Part shown: positions 12,284 to 26,188 of the stretch, one piece after another | Layout: every line of letters starts with the position of its first letter | Numbering within the stretch: the first letter of the stretch is position 1 | From: Macrostomum lignano | Taxonomy: Eukaryota | DNA length: 64,000 nucleotides | Assembly: GCA_002269645.1 (NCBI GenBank) | Contig: NIVC01002769.1 | Coordinates: forward strand, 78,071 to 142,070 | Reading direction: 5' to 3' | The notes under the pieces: generated by a model | Databases searched by the model: none | What the model saw: only the letters and a program-made list of their open reading frames with translations | Told to the model about the DNA's origin: nothing | Made by a program: the position numbers and the translations under genes

Positions 12284-13748
12284 AGTTTTATTTGATAATT
12301 CAGTTATAACCATCGTATCAGGACGCAATACTTGATTTTCGCGCTTAACTTTGCTTTGAAGTCTCGTCTCCCATTAGAGAAATAGAAAATTTTGTCTATT
12401 TTTAGCACAAAACTATCGGCAATCTCAATTAGCTCGGTCCAAATACATAATAGCTTCATGCGATTATCGTAAGTAAGCCAGAGGTAAAAAATACTGCATT
12501 AAGTACTCCAAAAAAATTATATTTCATGCATTTCAATGCATTTCAAAATGAATTCGAGCGGTTGTAGGAGGAAAATGAGGATCTTAAAGAACGAACAGGG
12601 GTCTTAAAAAAGATAGGAGGCTTGATTAATCATTGAATTGCAAATGTAGCAAGTTAGTTTTTTGTCTGTGACAGTCCTTCCGTGTAATTTTCCATGATCG
12701 TAAACTTTCGCGAAATCAATTCGGTGTGGAAAGCTGATTTTTGAGAAAGTCTTTTGTTTGAATGAGGTTGTTTCTTTTTGTTTTTCAATTTTTCGACTTC
12801 CTTCCCGATAATTAATAAATAAAACCCTAGGAACTTTCTTTGCTTTATCTTTCGGAAACTTGGATAATTAATTTGAGTAATTCATAGCTAGCTTAAAAAT
12901 AAAAAAATACAAGTCTGTGTGTTAGATGAGAATTTGAAGTCTTTATTGTCAAATTGTAATAAACCTTGTTGTTTTAAAAAATTGAGCATTTGGTATTCAC
13001 GTATTGTAAGAAAATTTTTTGCGTGCAAGAAAATTATTCGCTGCAGTACGTTAGTGACTACTTACATGTATGTAGTGCTCAGTAGCAAATTGTGAATGTC
13101 ACGCGTATAATGCAAATTATGGCTGAGCAAATTCAATTCTTTTTATTAGTCTCACCAAGAAATGACCAATATTTTTAAGCTGGCCTAAGAAAGTATCCTA
13201 AGTTTAATCTTAAATGACGTACATGTAATTCTACAACGTTTGAGATTGAAGCTGTGAAAAATTTGACCCCAACTAAAACTTATCCCAATAAAATCCACCC
13301 TACAATCAGCACAACCTGCACAAGCATCCTTGATTCCTGCATGTAACAACAGCATCTTTTCCAGGAGCATCCTTGAGTCCCTGAAAGTAGCACCTCCTCG
13401 AGCAACGTTCCACCAAAATTAGTTGACAGCTTTAGGATACAACAAAAAATTATCACAGCTTCCTCATAGTTTATCTTAAAAATATTGGTTACTAACAATC
13501 ATAATAAAAATTTGTACGAGTATGACAGTAAAATGATGCTAAAATGCTTTTTGACTTCAAAACTCTATTAAAACTTTGAGTTTGTTTTAACCGAGTATAA
13601 ATCAAGAAGTTAACTTACTTTAAAAGCAGTGAACTCTTCTAGAAATAGCTGAGAACTTCATGTAGCTTAATAAAGTGTCTGACACTGACATGTAGCTTCA
13701 AAAAAGTTACGACACTTTAAATTAGGACAATGAAAGAATCTTAGATCA

Positions 13749-15792
13749 CTACTCAACAATGTCCGCAGACGACCTGATTGCACAGCATTTCACCGGATGT
13801 AGCAGTTTTTTGTGCAGCAACTCTGGTCGATTTTGCACCCGTTTTGACAGCACCGTCCGCCTGTAGACGCTGTTGAAGTTCGTGACGATGACAGGAACTG
13901 GCAGGGCCACCGTCATGACCCCGGCTACAACGCACGCTGAACCAATCAGCTTGCCAACCAGGGTTCGCGGCACTGCGTCTCCATACCCGACGGTGCACAA
14001 GCTGATCACCGCCCACCAGAACGCGTGCGGGATGCTCTGGAACTGCCGGTGCACCGCTCCTTCCGCTTGGTGAATCGCCGAAGCGAACAAAACCACGCTG
14101 ACGCCGACGAAGAACAGAAACATGGTGAGCTCCCGGATGCTCATCCTGAGCGTCCTGCCCAGAATTTGCATCCCGGTCACGTAGCGGTACAGTTTGAAGA
14201 TTCTCAACACATGGCTAAAGTGCAACGCTCGCATCAGGCCGCTGTCGGCGCAGAATCTTCCCAACGTTTCCATGGCAACTGAGATGAAGTAGGGCGTAAA
14301 GCTGATCGCGTCAAGCCAAACAGCCGCAGAACGGACCAGGTGAGTTCGGGGCAGCGGGCAGACGGCCACTTTGATGCAGAACTCCAGAGCGAACCAAGAG
14401 ACGCAAGCGAATTCGAGTCTGGTAAACCATAGACTGTTGGAGCTGATTGACATTTGCTTGGGACCGAATACCAGCGGCAGGTAGCTGCAGAAGTCGGTCG
14501 ATAGAGCATGTTTTTGCTTTTTTCAGTGATGGGCCCGTTAGGGGTGGCAAGTTCCGCAGGTAAAAATAACATACTTGCTGAGTTCCCTCTCGGGTTGAAT
14601 TGATAGATCCAACCACTTACATACTCTATAGTTTTAATTCCTTTTAAAAGGTATTCCGTCTCTAAAGGAAAATCTGAAGGGCCAAACAGTACGACGCACC
14701 TCAGCCACAAAAGCTGAGATCGTGTTTTTTTATGAGATAGCATTTTCAGATTGCGTGGCCAGATTGTCGTCCAATTCTCACCCAATCAGGACAAGGCTCA
14801 GTGAGTGTACATATTTGACGATTAGAAAGTCTGAGCTGCTGCACACCCTTTGTGAGCGAGCGTATGAAAGCGTTCTGCACGCTTGCATGTGCTCAGGGGT
14901 CAGGGAAACAGGCAGAACTACCTCTTTGCTAGTTGTAGGATTATATCGACGAAGACGTTGCACCAGTGTTCCCAGAAGCTTTACCAGACACTCACCGTGT
15001 CGAAGCCGCGGAGCTCCTGTTGCCATCCTCCCCGGTGCCATCAGCCGCGGTGCACGGGTCTGGCTGCGAGTGCAGGCAGTGCAGCGCCACTGACAGGATA
15101 ATGATGGCCACGCTGGGCGCCACCAGCAGCCTGCCAAACTTGGTAGTCTTCGGATAGTGCAGCGCAGAGAACAGGCTGGTTCTCCAGCTCGGCTGACTCC
15201 AGTGCCGCACCGTGAGCTGCGAGTAACCTTCGGACACTAAGAAGCTGCGAATGACGGCTTCGTCAAGTTGAAAGAATCTCAGCTCCTCGTAGAACACCTC
15301 CTCGGGCACTTCATTTGGTCGACGCAGCCTGCCGCCAGACTGGTAATAGTTGAGTATCGCGGCGAACGAAGGGCGGTGCCTGTCGAAGAAGTACTGTCCT
15401 CGACTGGCGTCCCAGTACTGCAGCCGCTTCTGGTCGTTGCCAAGCAGAGTGCCGGGAAATCGACGCAGCGTTCTCAGCTGAGTTTCGAATATTTCTCCAG
15501 CCACGTTAATGCTGACTCGCTGGCAGCCGCTGTCGCAGCTTGATTCTTGTCGGCGTAAACTGCCAGCAACTCCGTCGACAACTGCGCTCCGATGCTGATG
15601 ATGGGGTTGATGCGGAGCGGAGGCTGTAGTACCGCTGTCTGCCGCATTCGCGTTGGTCTTCGATGCATCGTCCGGCTCGGGACAGGCGGCTTCGGCTGCG
15701 GCTGCCGCGGCGGATTTTTTGCACCGGCGGGACTTGCCCCGCTGCGCGACTCGGAGAAATGAGTACATTGCTCTCAGCTCAGAGGCGCCCAC
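13749..15792 (-). CDS. Shaker/Kv1-like voltage-gated K+ channel alpha subunit with atypical S4; exons 15792-14996 and 14484-13749
   Basis: T1 domain (RVSINVAGEIFETQLRTLRRFPGTLLG...YFFDRHRPSFAAILNYYQSGGRLRRP), S1-S6, pore FWWAVISLCTVGYGD, S6 ALPVPVIV. The phase-2 intron (CG|GTGAGT ... TTCTGCAG|C) joins the two ORFs in frame. Confidence 0.93.
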
Positions 15793-16503
15793 AAGCGCTT
15801 AGAAGTTTTTTAGAACAAAAGCGTCAAAACGCTATCATTGCTCCAAGTGGATAAGCATGCTTGTGGTGACGTCAAAGTTTTAGAGAATATTTAACGGTTG
15901 GTACTGGGTGGCTGTGTCTGCTAGAAGACAGATGGAAGCTGTCTGCAGAGAAGTGGCATTCTCAGCACTGACTGCTAACAATTGGTCAGCTCTGCTGGGG
16001 AGCGGCATGCAGCCATGAGGCTCAGAGACTCAGGGAGAGGCAGAGGGGAGCAGAGGGGAGCAGAGGAGAGGAGAGTGGTAGGCCGCGTCTTCCCTGCATA
16101 GGCACAAGTTGAGAAGTTTTGCGCCCAGTCACAGCGATGGAGCACAGGCACGCGATGACAGCTTACAGCAGAACTACAAAAAAACGCTTGTTAGGCCTTT
16201 AAAAAAGTCCCCAAAAAGCGACTGGGAAGACCGGCCGACTGCCGGAGAGGAGCGCAGAGCAGGAATGAGTTTATAGAAAAACACCAATTTGAGTCGGGGC
16301 TCAACAAAACACCCCATCCCCAAAACGCGTGGCATTTTACCGGCATTGAGTTGCGATTCACTGAATTTTGTTTTTATGATGCTCATCCTATCTATTGAAA
16401 ATTTTTACTCAGTTTTTTCATTGAAATTCCCCCGCGTCGGGGTAATGGATTTTAATGGATGCCTAATGAATTTTCAATGGTAAGATGAAGCCAGAGTTTC
16501 ATT

Positions 16504-17401
<898 letters not shown>

Positions 17402-18060
17402 GCTTCGGCGTTGTTTAAGTATATTAAAACAATTCTCTATATGCATACATATAAGCTATGCGTATGTGTATATTACTTTATGATCCCAATTAACTAGAGC
17501 CAGCATATACACAGAAGAGTTTTAGCAAGTGGTAGGGAGAGAGTAGGAGTAACAGAGAGAGAGGAGGGGTGGCAAGAGGGAGAGTCCAGAATCACACAGC
17601 AGCATCAAAATTTGCCACACAGAGCCAACTATTAAGCAATTAAGTTTCCATGCGTGAGGACTCCGCTGCTAACCGGCTGCAGCACCGGCCACAACCCCTT
17701 CATCCAGTGCAGCTGCTATGTATTATCTTCACTAAAATTTGCCAACATGCGAGTTGCAGCTGAACTGTGCTCATGAAAACGGCGCTGCACTGTAAAAATG
17801 GCGTTGGTCCGTTAATTACAGGAGGTTTATGAATGTGTCTGCGACTGCTTTCTAACAAGCGTAGTTGAAAATAAAGTGTGCATGCACATGTTCTGCAAAT
17901 TACTCGGACAATTATTTCATCATTTAAAGCTACGCTAACGCTACCAAAGTAGCGGCTAAAAAGTTTATGGAAATGCATGGTTTCACATGCACCAGGGACG
18001 TGGACCGACAGAATTTTTCAACGGGTGCATCTCTGAAAGCGCTGTTTCATTTGAGGGGGG

Positions 18061-18517
18061 TTAGCACCAGGGGCTTTAGCACCAGGGGCTTTAGCACCAG
18101 GGGCTTTAGCACCAGGGGCTTTAGCACCAGGGGCTTTAGCACCAGGGGCTTTAGCACCAGGGGCTTTAGCACCAGGGGCGCCAGCACCAGGGGCTTTAGC
18201 ACCAGGGGCTTTAGCACCAGGGGCTTTAGCACCAGGGGCTTTAGCACCAGGGGCTTTAGCACCAGGGGCTTTAGCACTAGGGGCTTTAGCACCAGGGGCT
18301 TTAGCACCAGGGGCTTTAGCACAGGGGCGCCAGCACCAGGGGCGCCAGCACCAGGGGCGCCAGCACCAGGGGCGCCAGCACCAGGGGCGCCAGCACCAGG
18401 GGCGCCAGCACCAGGGGCGCCAGCACCAGGGGCGCCAGCACCAGGGGCGCCAGCACCAGGGGCGCCAGCACCAGGGGCGCCAGCACCAGGGGCGCCAGCA
18501 CCAGGGGCGCCAGCACT
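18061..18517 (-). repeat. 15-bp minisatellite, inverted copy of the 7021-7449 array, about 30 units
   Basis: (TTAGCACCAGGGGCT)n followed by (CCAGCACCAGGGGCG)n is the reverse complement of the same two unit types. Confidence 0.97.
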
Positions 18518-20285
18518 AGACGACGCCATGCAGCACCATATACATGTACATGTACATGTACTTCTGGCAGCCGATTTTGCGGGCCGCATGGATTGCACAA
18601 AAATCTTACAAAAGGCACAGATCAGTAAGGTGTCCATGTATATTTTAATGTTTGCTACCTGCAATTTTACTAGGCCCTGCATTATTCATTATGCAATAAC
18701 CATGATTTAGTCAAGGACTACTTAATTAAGTAATTTACGTAGTCCCTGGATTCGGTTACGTAGGTGCACGCAGGATCGATACAGTAATTAGAAATAGGAT
18801 TACTGAAATAGAAAAACGAATTTTTTGATACACAAAAATACACGGGATTTTCGAAAGTCTTTAATTTGTAGCGCTCTTCTAATATATGTAAGTAAACGAT
18901 CGACCTGTTTGAAAAATTGTAGCATTTTGGAACAGTTCTTTAGGTCAGAAATCGATTTTTCTGAGCGAAACGTACATGTATACAGTGTATATGTAAATAA
19001 TAAAGTCCCCTAGTTAAAACCCTCTTAGTAAAACATTAGAGATCTTTTATTAATCGCATTTTTTATTGTTGTAGCGTTTCCGAAAACTTTTAATTATAAT
19101 CGGTGACTGATTTTGCTGAAATGATTCTTCTAAGCTTAACAAAGCTACATTTATTTATCATAAGAATGCTCAAAAACTGCAATCCTAGCGATTTTTGTAT
19201 CAAAAAATTTATTCTATTAAAAAATATTAAACTTAAGACTTAGATAATTTATAATATATTTATAATGGATACCGTTTTCGACAAAGTCAATTAGGTTATT
19301 ATTTTACATTTTTCATAGCGGCAGTAACAAATACTAAGTCGTGTAGTTTTGATTTTGAAATTATATAGCTTTCATATTCATTAATGAAAAAAAGATAATA
19401 AACTTTCTGATTTATTTTTTATATATCTTTACCTCCTCTAACTTATGATCAGCTCATACTAGCTATGAATTTGTCCAGTGTTGTGTTTCCATCTTGTCTT
19501 GGCTATTTATTTTCAGCTCAGCTACATATTTTTAGTATATTGGATTAATCTTTTATCGATGCATTATATTAAAATACTTTTTTAAACTCTGTCATATTCT
19601 GTTGGAGTTTTATCTAACATAAAGTAACACTTTATGATAAGTGCAAACTTTATGCAAAGTAACTTAAAAATATATAATTGATAAGTTGAGATAGTAATCT
19701 GGTATCAAATGAAAATTATTTTCTTGCTTTTTATGAAAATTTTATACTTAGCAAAGTAAATTTCAAAGCAAATGTCCGCTTTTATAATTGATTGAACAAT
19801 ACTGCTTTTGTGTTTTTTGTATATTGTTCTATGTACATAGGCATTTGCTAGATTTTCTAGATTTTTTCAGAGTTTAAATTCTGAAATAAAGTTTTTTTTA
19901 CTTTCTTTCAAGCTCGCAATGGAATATTCTCTGCGTACCATGCGGCTTGGCAACTCACTTCACCATATGCTATGAGAATTTTAACGAAAAAGTTTCAGGT
20001 TTGATCACTGACATTTGAGTTGCTAAGCCACAGGGTACTCAGAGAACATTGAACCATTGCGAGGCCTTTACTTTTCTGACAGAAAAATGAAAAAAGCACT
20101 GAAGAATCAATGAAACAAAGTAGCCTTTGGCCCAAATACGTTCGTATATCAAAACTGGACTTCTGCCGCTAGTGCTTTTAAATGATTCCGTGGGGATTGA
20201 TGTGGGCTACTGATGTTAAAGAAATCAATAAAATATTAAATCACATGCTTAAAAAACATTAATTTTTGCTGTCGCCACAGTAACC

Positions 20286-23200
20286 ATGCCTAACACATCG
20301 CATGCTGCGCCAGGCGTCACTTCACCAACAATATTCGACAGTGTCGACACTGTCTGTTACAATGGCGGCGGCAATAGCGGAGGCGTGCTATTCTGCATCG
20401 ACACCTCAGGCAGCATGCACTCTAAGCTGCCAGCCGTCCGCTCCGAGCTAGTAGAGCTGCTCAACCGATGGTCGGGCAGTTCGCGCCGATTCAATTTGAT
20501 CAGATTTGGCGCCGGCTCTCTGCAGCGCTGGTCTGAAGGCATGGTGGACTGCACACCCGCAGCCATTGTCGACGCGGACAGATGGCTTTCGATTGGCGGC
20601 ACGTCCGGTTGCTGCTCCGACACCCGAGCCGCGCTGACCACAGCCTCCGTTGAGGCAAAAAATTGCGGCGCATCGTCCGTTTGCCTCGTGACAGACAGTT
20701 TGCCAGAGGCCACCCTGACATCTTCGGAGATGTCCTCGCTGCCGCTGCCGGTGCACTGCGTCTACCCCAAAGAGTCGGAGCTGACGCCGCAGCCGGGTTT
20801 GATGGCCGAGCTCCAGCAGATTGCCGGCGCTACCGGCGGTTCGTTGACAGTTGCCAACGTCAGCCATCGAGGTGTCATCGAACGGGTAGCTCCGGTTGCT
20901 CGGACGGCTCCGCCAGCGACTCGCTGGGGCCGTCCTGGCGGTCAACAGGTTCCACCTGCCATTAACGGTGGGAAACTCTGCTCGGTGACAGCTTCGCTGC
21001 GCTGCGACCCGCTGCTAGACGCTCCGGCTCTGCTATTCGAAGGCGAGGACAGAGACGGCTGGCGGTTTGTGTATTCAAACCAAGGCCCGCCAGGGACTCA
21101 CTGGGGCGGCAGCTGGAGCAAGTTTCAGGCTAGTCGGCCAAGAGTTCGAGCCGCAGAACGAGGCGCCTCGCCGCCCAGATCACCGCCGCCTTCAATTGCT
21201 GGAGTCAGCCTGCTGGGACGTCGAGTGTTGGCAAGGAGACGGTCGGACGGACTCTTCTATGAGGGCACCGTCTTATCAGAGGTGAGCAAATTTTTTCCTT
21301 AAAAGTCTTTTCTGTCTTCAATAGAGTATCTCTAATACTCTAATTAGAGAAGCTAGAATTTCAGTAGGAAATTTCCTACTGATACCGATGGGAATCAGTA
21401 ACGCGCCTGAATCTCGATATTTTAATAAAGAAATTTCTAACTTCGATTTCAGACATACGTCTAAAAAGACGATATCTTACGAGAAAAAATGTCTGTAGTT
21501 TTAAAACTCGTATAATACGAGAATACTCGTATAACGTGTACATTCATTGCATCCATTACGCAGGCATCAACTCCCGGCCAATTCAACGTAGAACTGCAGA
21601 CAAACAGACCCAAAAACTGTGCTGGAAAAGACGGCTTCTCAGACACCGAGTACCAAATTACTCCGGTTGGCGAGCTTATCGCCCTGGACGACGCGCTGCG
21701 CCGACAACTGCTCCCAGGAGACTGCGTCCTGGCGCCGCGCGGCCCCAACAGACCCGACTATGGGCCTGCAATCGTGCTGGACGGCTACGAGCTGCGTCGG
21801 AGACAAGCAGCAGCAGGAGATCGCGTCGAAGACCAACCAGACGACAGCGTCGACGACTGCAAAAGCGGGGTGGCGTGCGACCGTTGGCCGTCGCTTTCAC
21901 GGACGGCGCGAGCTGCGTGGCGGAGCCGGGAAAGGCAGTTCGTATCAGCCACTCGATGTACCACCGACTGCAGCTCGAGGCCGTCATGCCAAGGCGGGAG
22001 CGGCTCGCCCTGGCCGACTGGACGCCCGAGTACCCGGAGGCGACTCGTCCGGGCTATTTGGCTACGCGGCCGCTCAGGAATCCAGACGAATTCGAAGCAG
22101 TGCGGCCGGTTTGGCCACCAGGTCGCATGCTTCCGGAAGCTGTTCCGGCTCGATCTCACCGCAGCGGAAGCGTTGATGGCGGCCGGATGCTCTACGACTC
22201 GGCAGAATACGACGAGTTCGAACAGTGGCCAGACGATACGGATCGGCGCGCCGACCAGCTGATTGCCGACTTCGACAGGCGCCTTGTCGACGCCTCTGTG
22301 GGACCAGAAGCTCCAGCTGTTAAGTCAAAGAGTCGCACAGCGCCGACAAAGTCGATTCTGAAGAAGCCACCGCCGGCGCCGTCAAAGCAGCGATCGTTTG
22401 CTGTCGGGGCGAGCACCAACTGGGCTTCGGAGAACGGCTTCTCCTGCGGCTACTCGGGCCATCGGCAATCTTCCAGATGGACGGTGCGTTCGGCCAATAT
22501 GTACAACCGACGGCCACTTGAGATCGGCTCGTGTCTCGGCCGGGGCGACTTGGAACTCGAGACTCGTCAACATCGAATTTACGAGCACAGACGCGCCGTG
22601 TCGGCGGAACGCGCAGATGCACTGTTGCGCTCTCGAGCAGACGAGGAGTCTGCCAAGGCCGCTCGACTGGCGCGCATGGCTGAAACTCGCGGCTCCACAG
22701 CCGCTGCCGCCGTAAGCGTCGAAGAGACGCCCGACGGTCGATTCGGTGGCCGACGTCGCATTACTGCCACGCCGCCAGACGAGCGATCGCGCGAAAGTCG
22801 ACGCCGCTACGTTACGCCGCCCTCGGTGCCGACAGAGGAGCGGCCCTGCCGGGTGAGGCGAGTCACTCCGTGCGGCGACAGAGGCATCCAAGTGGTCGGA
22901 GATGGAAGCGGTGGCGGCGGACTGCAGCGAAGCGTTCGGTTCAGCTCATCAGAGCCGTGAGTTGACAATGAAATGGATTTGTCGCAAATGTCTAAGATCT
23001 GCTATAGTATAAGCGCAGTCCGGGGGCGTCATGGACGTCTGTCCGTGAGCAAAGGACTTCTGGAGGGTGTCTTTGTCCCAGCAGCTGAGGACCTACTAGG
23101 GTGGCCCAGCAACTGAGGATTTGGAAGGCTGGCACAGCAACTGAGGGTTTAGGAGGCTGGCACAGCAACTGAGGATTTGGGAGGCTGGCCCAGAAACTGA

Positions 23201-23583
23201 GGATTTGGGAGGGGTGGCTAGTGGCTTGACGAACGTAGCCTTAAAATTTAGTGTCCGCGGTGTCTGAAGTTGAAAACTATTGTCATTCTACTCATGAGTA
23301 CCCACTCGCGCTACAACTCGCTTGCAGAACGGTCACCGCCTGGATCAAGCGCCAGGATCACATGACCCCATCGGAGGTGAGAAGCAGCGCGCAGCAGCTG
23401 GCCGCCAGGCACAAAGACTGCGTCGACGGTCTTGAGCGACAAAGATGGTCAGCTGCGGTGGCTTCAAAGGCACCGCCAGCTTCAAAGACGACGTCAAGCA
23501 AAAAGTCCAACTCGTCGAAGTCAAAGTCGACGTCCACTAAGACTTCTTCGAGTTCCGCTTCCACCGCCAAGGCGTCAGCCTAG
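20286..23583 (+). CDS. VWA3B-like protein (vWA domain + DUF4537/Tudor-like region); exons 20286-21281, 21564-22956, 23328-23583; apparent 1-nt frameshift near 21867
   Basis: vWA MIDAS-type FCIDTSGSM, FNLIRF, LVTD. DUF4537-like VLARRRSDGLFYEGTV, LLPGDCVLAP..DYGPAIV, then LAVAFTDG in another frame. Splice sites GAG|GTGAGC..CAG|GCA (phase 0) and CC|GTGAGT..TTGCAG|A (phase 2). Upstream exons are possible (CAG acceptor at 20280). Confidence 0.65.
23078..23218 (+). repeat. Intronic minisatellite of about 28 bp, 5 degenerate copies
   Basis: Unit CAGCAACTGAGGATTTGG(A/G)AGGCTGGC(A/C). Confidence 0.85.
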
Positions 23584-25309
23584 ATAGACGTCCATATATT
23601 TTGGAATTTAAAGATTGACCCTCTTCGCGAATGGTAACAACGGGCACTTTGACGTTACTTCGACAAGTTACGACATTCATCGACTGACTGTCGGTGTAAT
23701 ATAAAAGTATCCGCTTGGAAGCGACGTCCATTGACGTTGAGTACGTCGGATAGGTTGGCGAATGTCGAACGTGTAGCTACTTAAAGTGTAAGTAACTGCG
23801 GTACAGTTTTTGACTCAGATATCGAATTCGTAAGTTATTTTATTAATAAACAAGTTTTTTCTTAAGAATATTTATTCAACTTACGTTATAAATGATTTGT
23901 TATTTGCACCTATTTTCATTCCACAAACCTTTTATGTACCATTTTACAATGCAAAAAATACACTCTGTTTGATGACTTTCAGTTTCAAAACTATTATCAG
24001 TTAGTTTATTTAAATTTGTTAGTTTACTTGCTACTCCTCTAGTTCTGAGCTACGGGACAAATGAAAAAACCCAGAAGTACATGAACAACCTCTGCAAGAA
24101 TTTCGATGCGAGTAGGCAAATTTGTCGATTCAAAGTTGTCCGTTTAAGCTAGTAGATATATATTGTAAGTTTGTCTGAATGCTACATGTTCAGGGACGTG
24201 GAACTTTACAATGATATCATTTGGATTTGAGGCAGGCTACTTTTCTTTAATACAACTCGTAAGCCTAGAAAGACAAAGCCGACAAAAAATTTATTTTTCG
24301 AGGATTTGTGGATATTGATGGCGAATAAAACTAAAACTTTATTTGTACGACATGTTTCGCTGAACATACAGCATCGTCAGGTAGAATAAAATATGCTCGT
24401 ATTAGTGAGACCAACAGGTTACCAAAAAGCTAGTATTGGAAAACATTAAAATTACACAGTCGATAGAACTAAAAAATTCTGAGGTGCATACTGCTGCCTC
24501 TCCCTGCTCCCAGCACCAAAGTATGAAATTTTGATGACTGGATTAGAAGTTAAATTCTTTTCCTTTTGCGTACTTTGTTCTTTCTTATTAAATTTATTGA
24601 GCAGGAACTTGTAAATCTCATTATTCTATCATTAAATCTATTACTGTCATTAGAGTACAAAAACAATAAAAACAATTGAGTCTTTAAAAAGCAGCGTCAC
24701 AGGCGCGCCTCTGAGCCAGGTCGCCAACGAAGGCCACGGGGGCGCCAGCATCAAGCAGCATGTGGGCCTTATATTTTCAACTTTTGTTAGCCCAGGAGAC
24801 TGCTGGATTATCAGAAAAAAGCACCATACTTCAAAACCTTGCCATATATGGCTTAAAGAGCGAAAGCAAATTTGAATCTGTGGAGATGGCTTTAATGATT
24901 TAAACAATTAAATAAAATTGTTAAAGTAAAAAACTCAAAAAGTAGAATTAAAAAATAAAAATATACACGAAGGAGCAAAAAAATAAGTTCTACATGACAG
25001 TAAAAAATGAAAAACATTTATAAGTATTCACACATTGCACTATCGCAAAAAAGCAAAGACAGCCAATATAATAAAAAAAATTTCTACCATTCAATAAGTG
25101 CTCAAATGAGTACAGACTAAAAAGTGTTTGAGGCCCGTAAGTACATAAAATCACGTAAACAAATCCTGAAAAAGCAACTTGTCAATCGTGATGTCAGTGC
25201 CCTCCTAGAGCACGAGCTCCTCTCGCTCTCTAATTCCATATCTCTTCCTCTTCGTTGCCGCACTCAAGGACGACTAAATTAAGTAATAAAGTAAGTCCTT
25301 GGCCGCACT

Positions 25310-25742
25310 GTGCACCAAGCCTTTCTCACTAATTGCGACAACTTCTCACTCACAATTCAACTCCTAAGTTACGCAACTAAGCCGCCGCGAGGAGGGAAAA
25401 GTTGACTGAATCAATAATAAACGTCAGTCGCACAAAATCATAAGTTTATTTTTTATACAAAATGCAATTAGAATCGCGATGCTTAATAACGCGTGTTATA
25501 TCCCCTTGCGTGCAGATTGCGGCGACTCTGCAGGGCATCCCCAGGATGAGGCGGCGCAGAAAGTCCTGGGGAAGCTGCTGCCAAGCGTTTTCAATGGCAT
25601 GACGCAGCTTCGCAGCATTCTCTAGCGGACTATCTTTTTGAATGCTTAGATAAACACAAGTGGCAATAAGCTTCGCGCTTACCGTAAGTTGCGTCACTCG
25701 CAATAAGTGAGAAAAATTCATCTTCATTGACTGTTGAGTATA
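25310..25742 (-). mobile_element. Internally deleted Tc1-like DNA transposon remnant
   Basis: C-terminal Tc1 transposase motif NAAKLRHAIENAWQQLPQDFLRRLILGMPCRVAAICTQG. TIR-like end at 25684-25742 shares the core AGTGACG(C/T)AACTT with the TIRs of 35555-36169. The left boundary is approximate. Confidence 0.6.
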
Positions 25743-26188
25743 TATATATAAATACATCGGTTCCAATTCATTAGGAGCCTGACGATGCCTGTCGCTTAGC
25801 CAAAAATTCCAGTGCTCGCATTCTTATTTTTACGATTCTTACTAGAACAGGCGTCAGTGAACAATTTCTCTTGGACAATTCTAAAATAAAAAATACAAGA
25901 AAACTATCGGGGTAGCTTTATTCCGTCCGATCCTCGCACACCGCTCCCCCCACTTCATTCTGCAACTCAATTCTTCCGCTTGGCGTAGCTAAGTTGCGTC
26001 ACTGGTAAAGATCGAGAGACTTAACCTGCACTCTCAAAAGTGGCGACTACAGATGGAATCTGCTATGATGGCGACTTTTCGATGGTGTTGAGCACAAATT
26101 TCATTTACCAGTATACTACAATCTACGTACATTACATCAAGTAAAGTTTACCGATGAATGTTCACGAAAGCAATTTTAGCTGCCGATT

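Noticed and set aside
20357-22891. Numerous overlapping antisense and alternate-frame ORFs (also over the GALNT, Kv, cGLR and TRP exons)
   Set aside because: Shadow ORFs of GC-rich coding sequence with no recognisable motifs.
23251-23583. Stand-alone 110-aa gene
   Set aside because: Better explained as exon 3 of the VWA3B-like gene: a phase-2 acceptor at 23328 matches the phase-2 GTGAGT donor at 22957.
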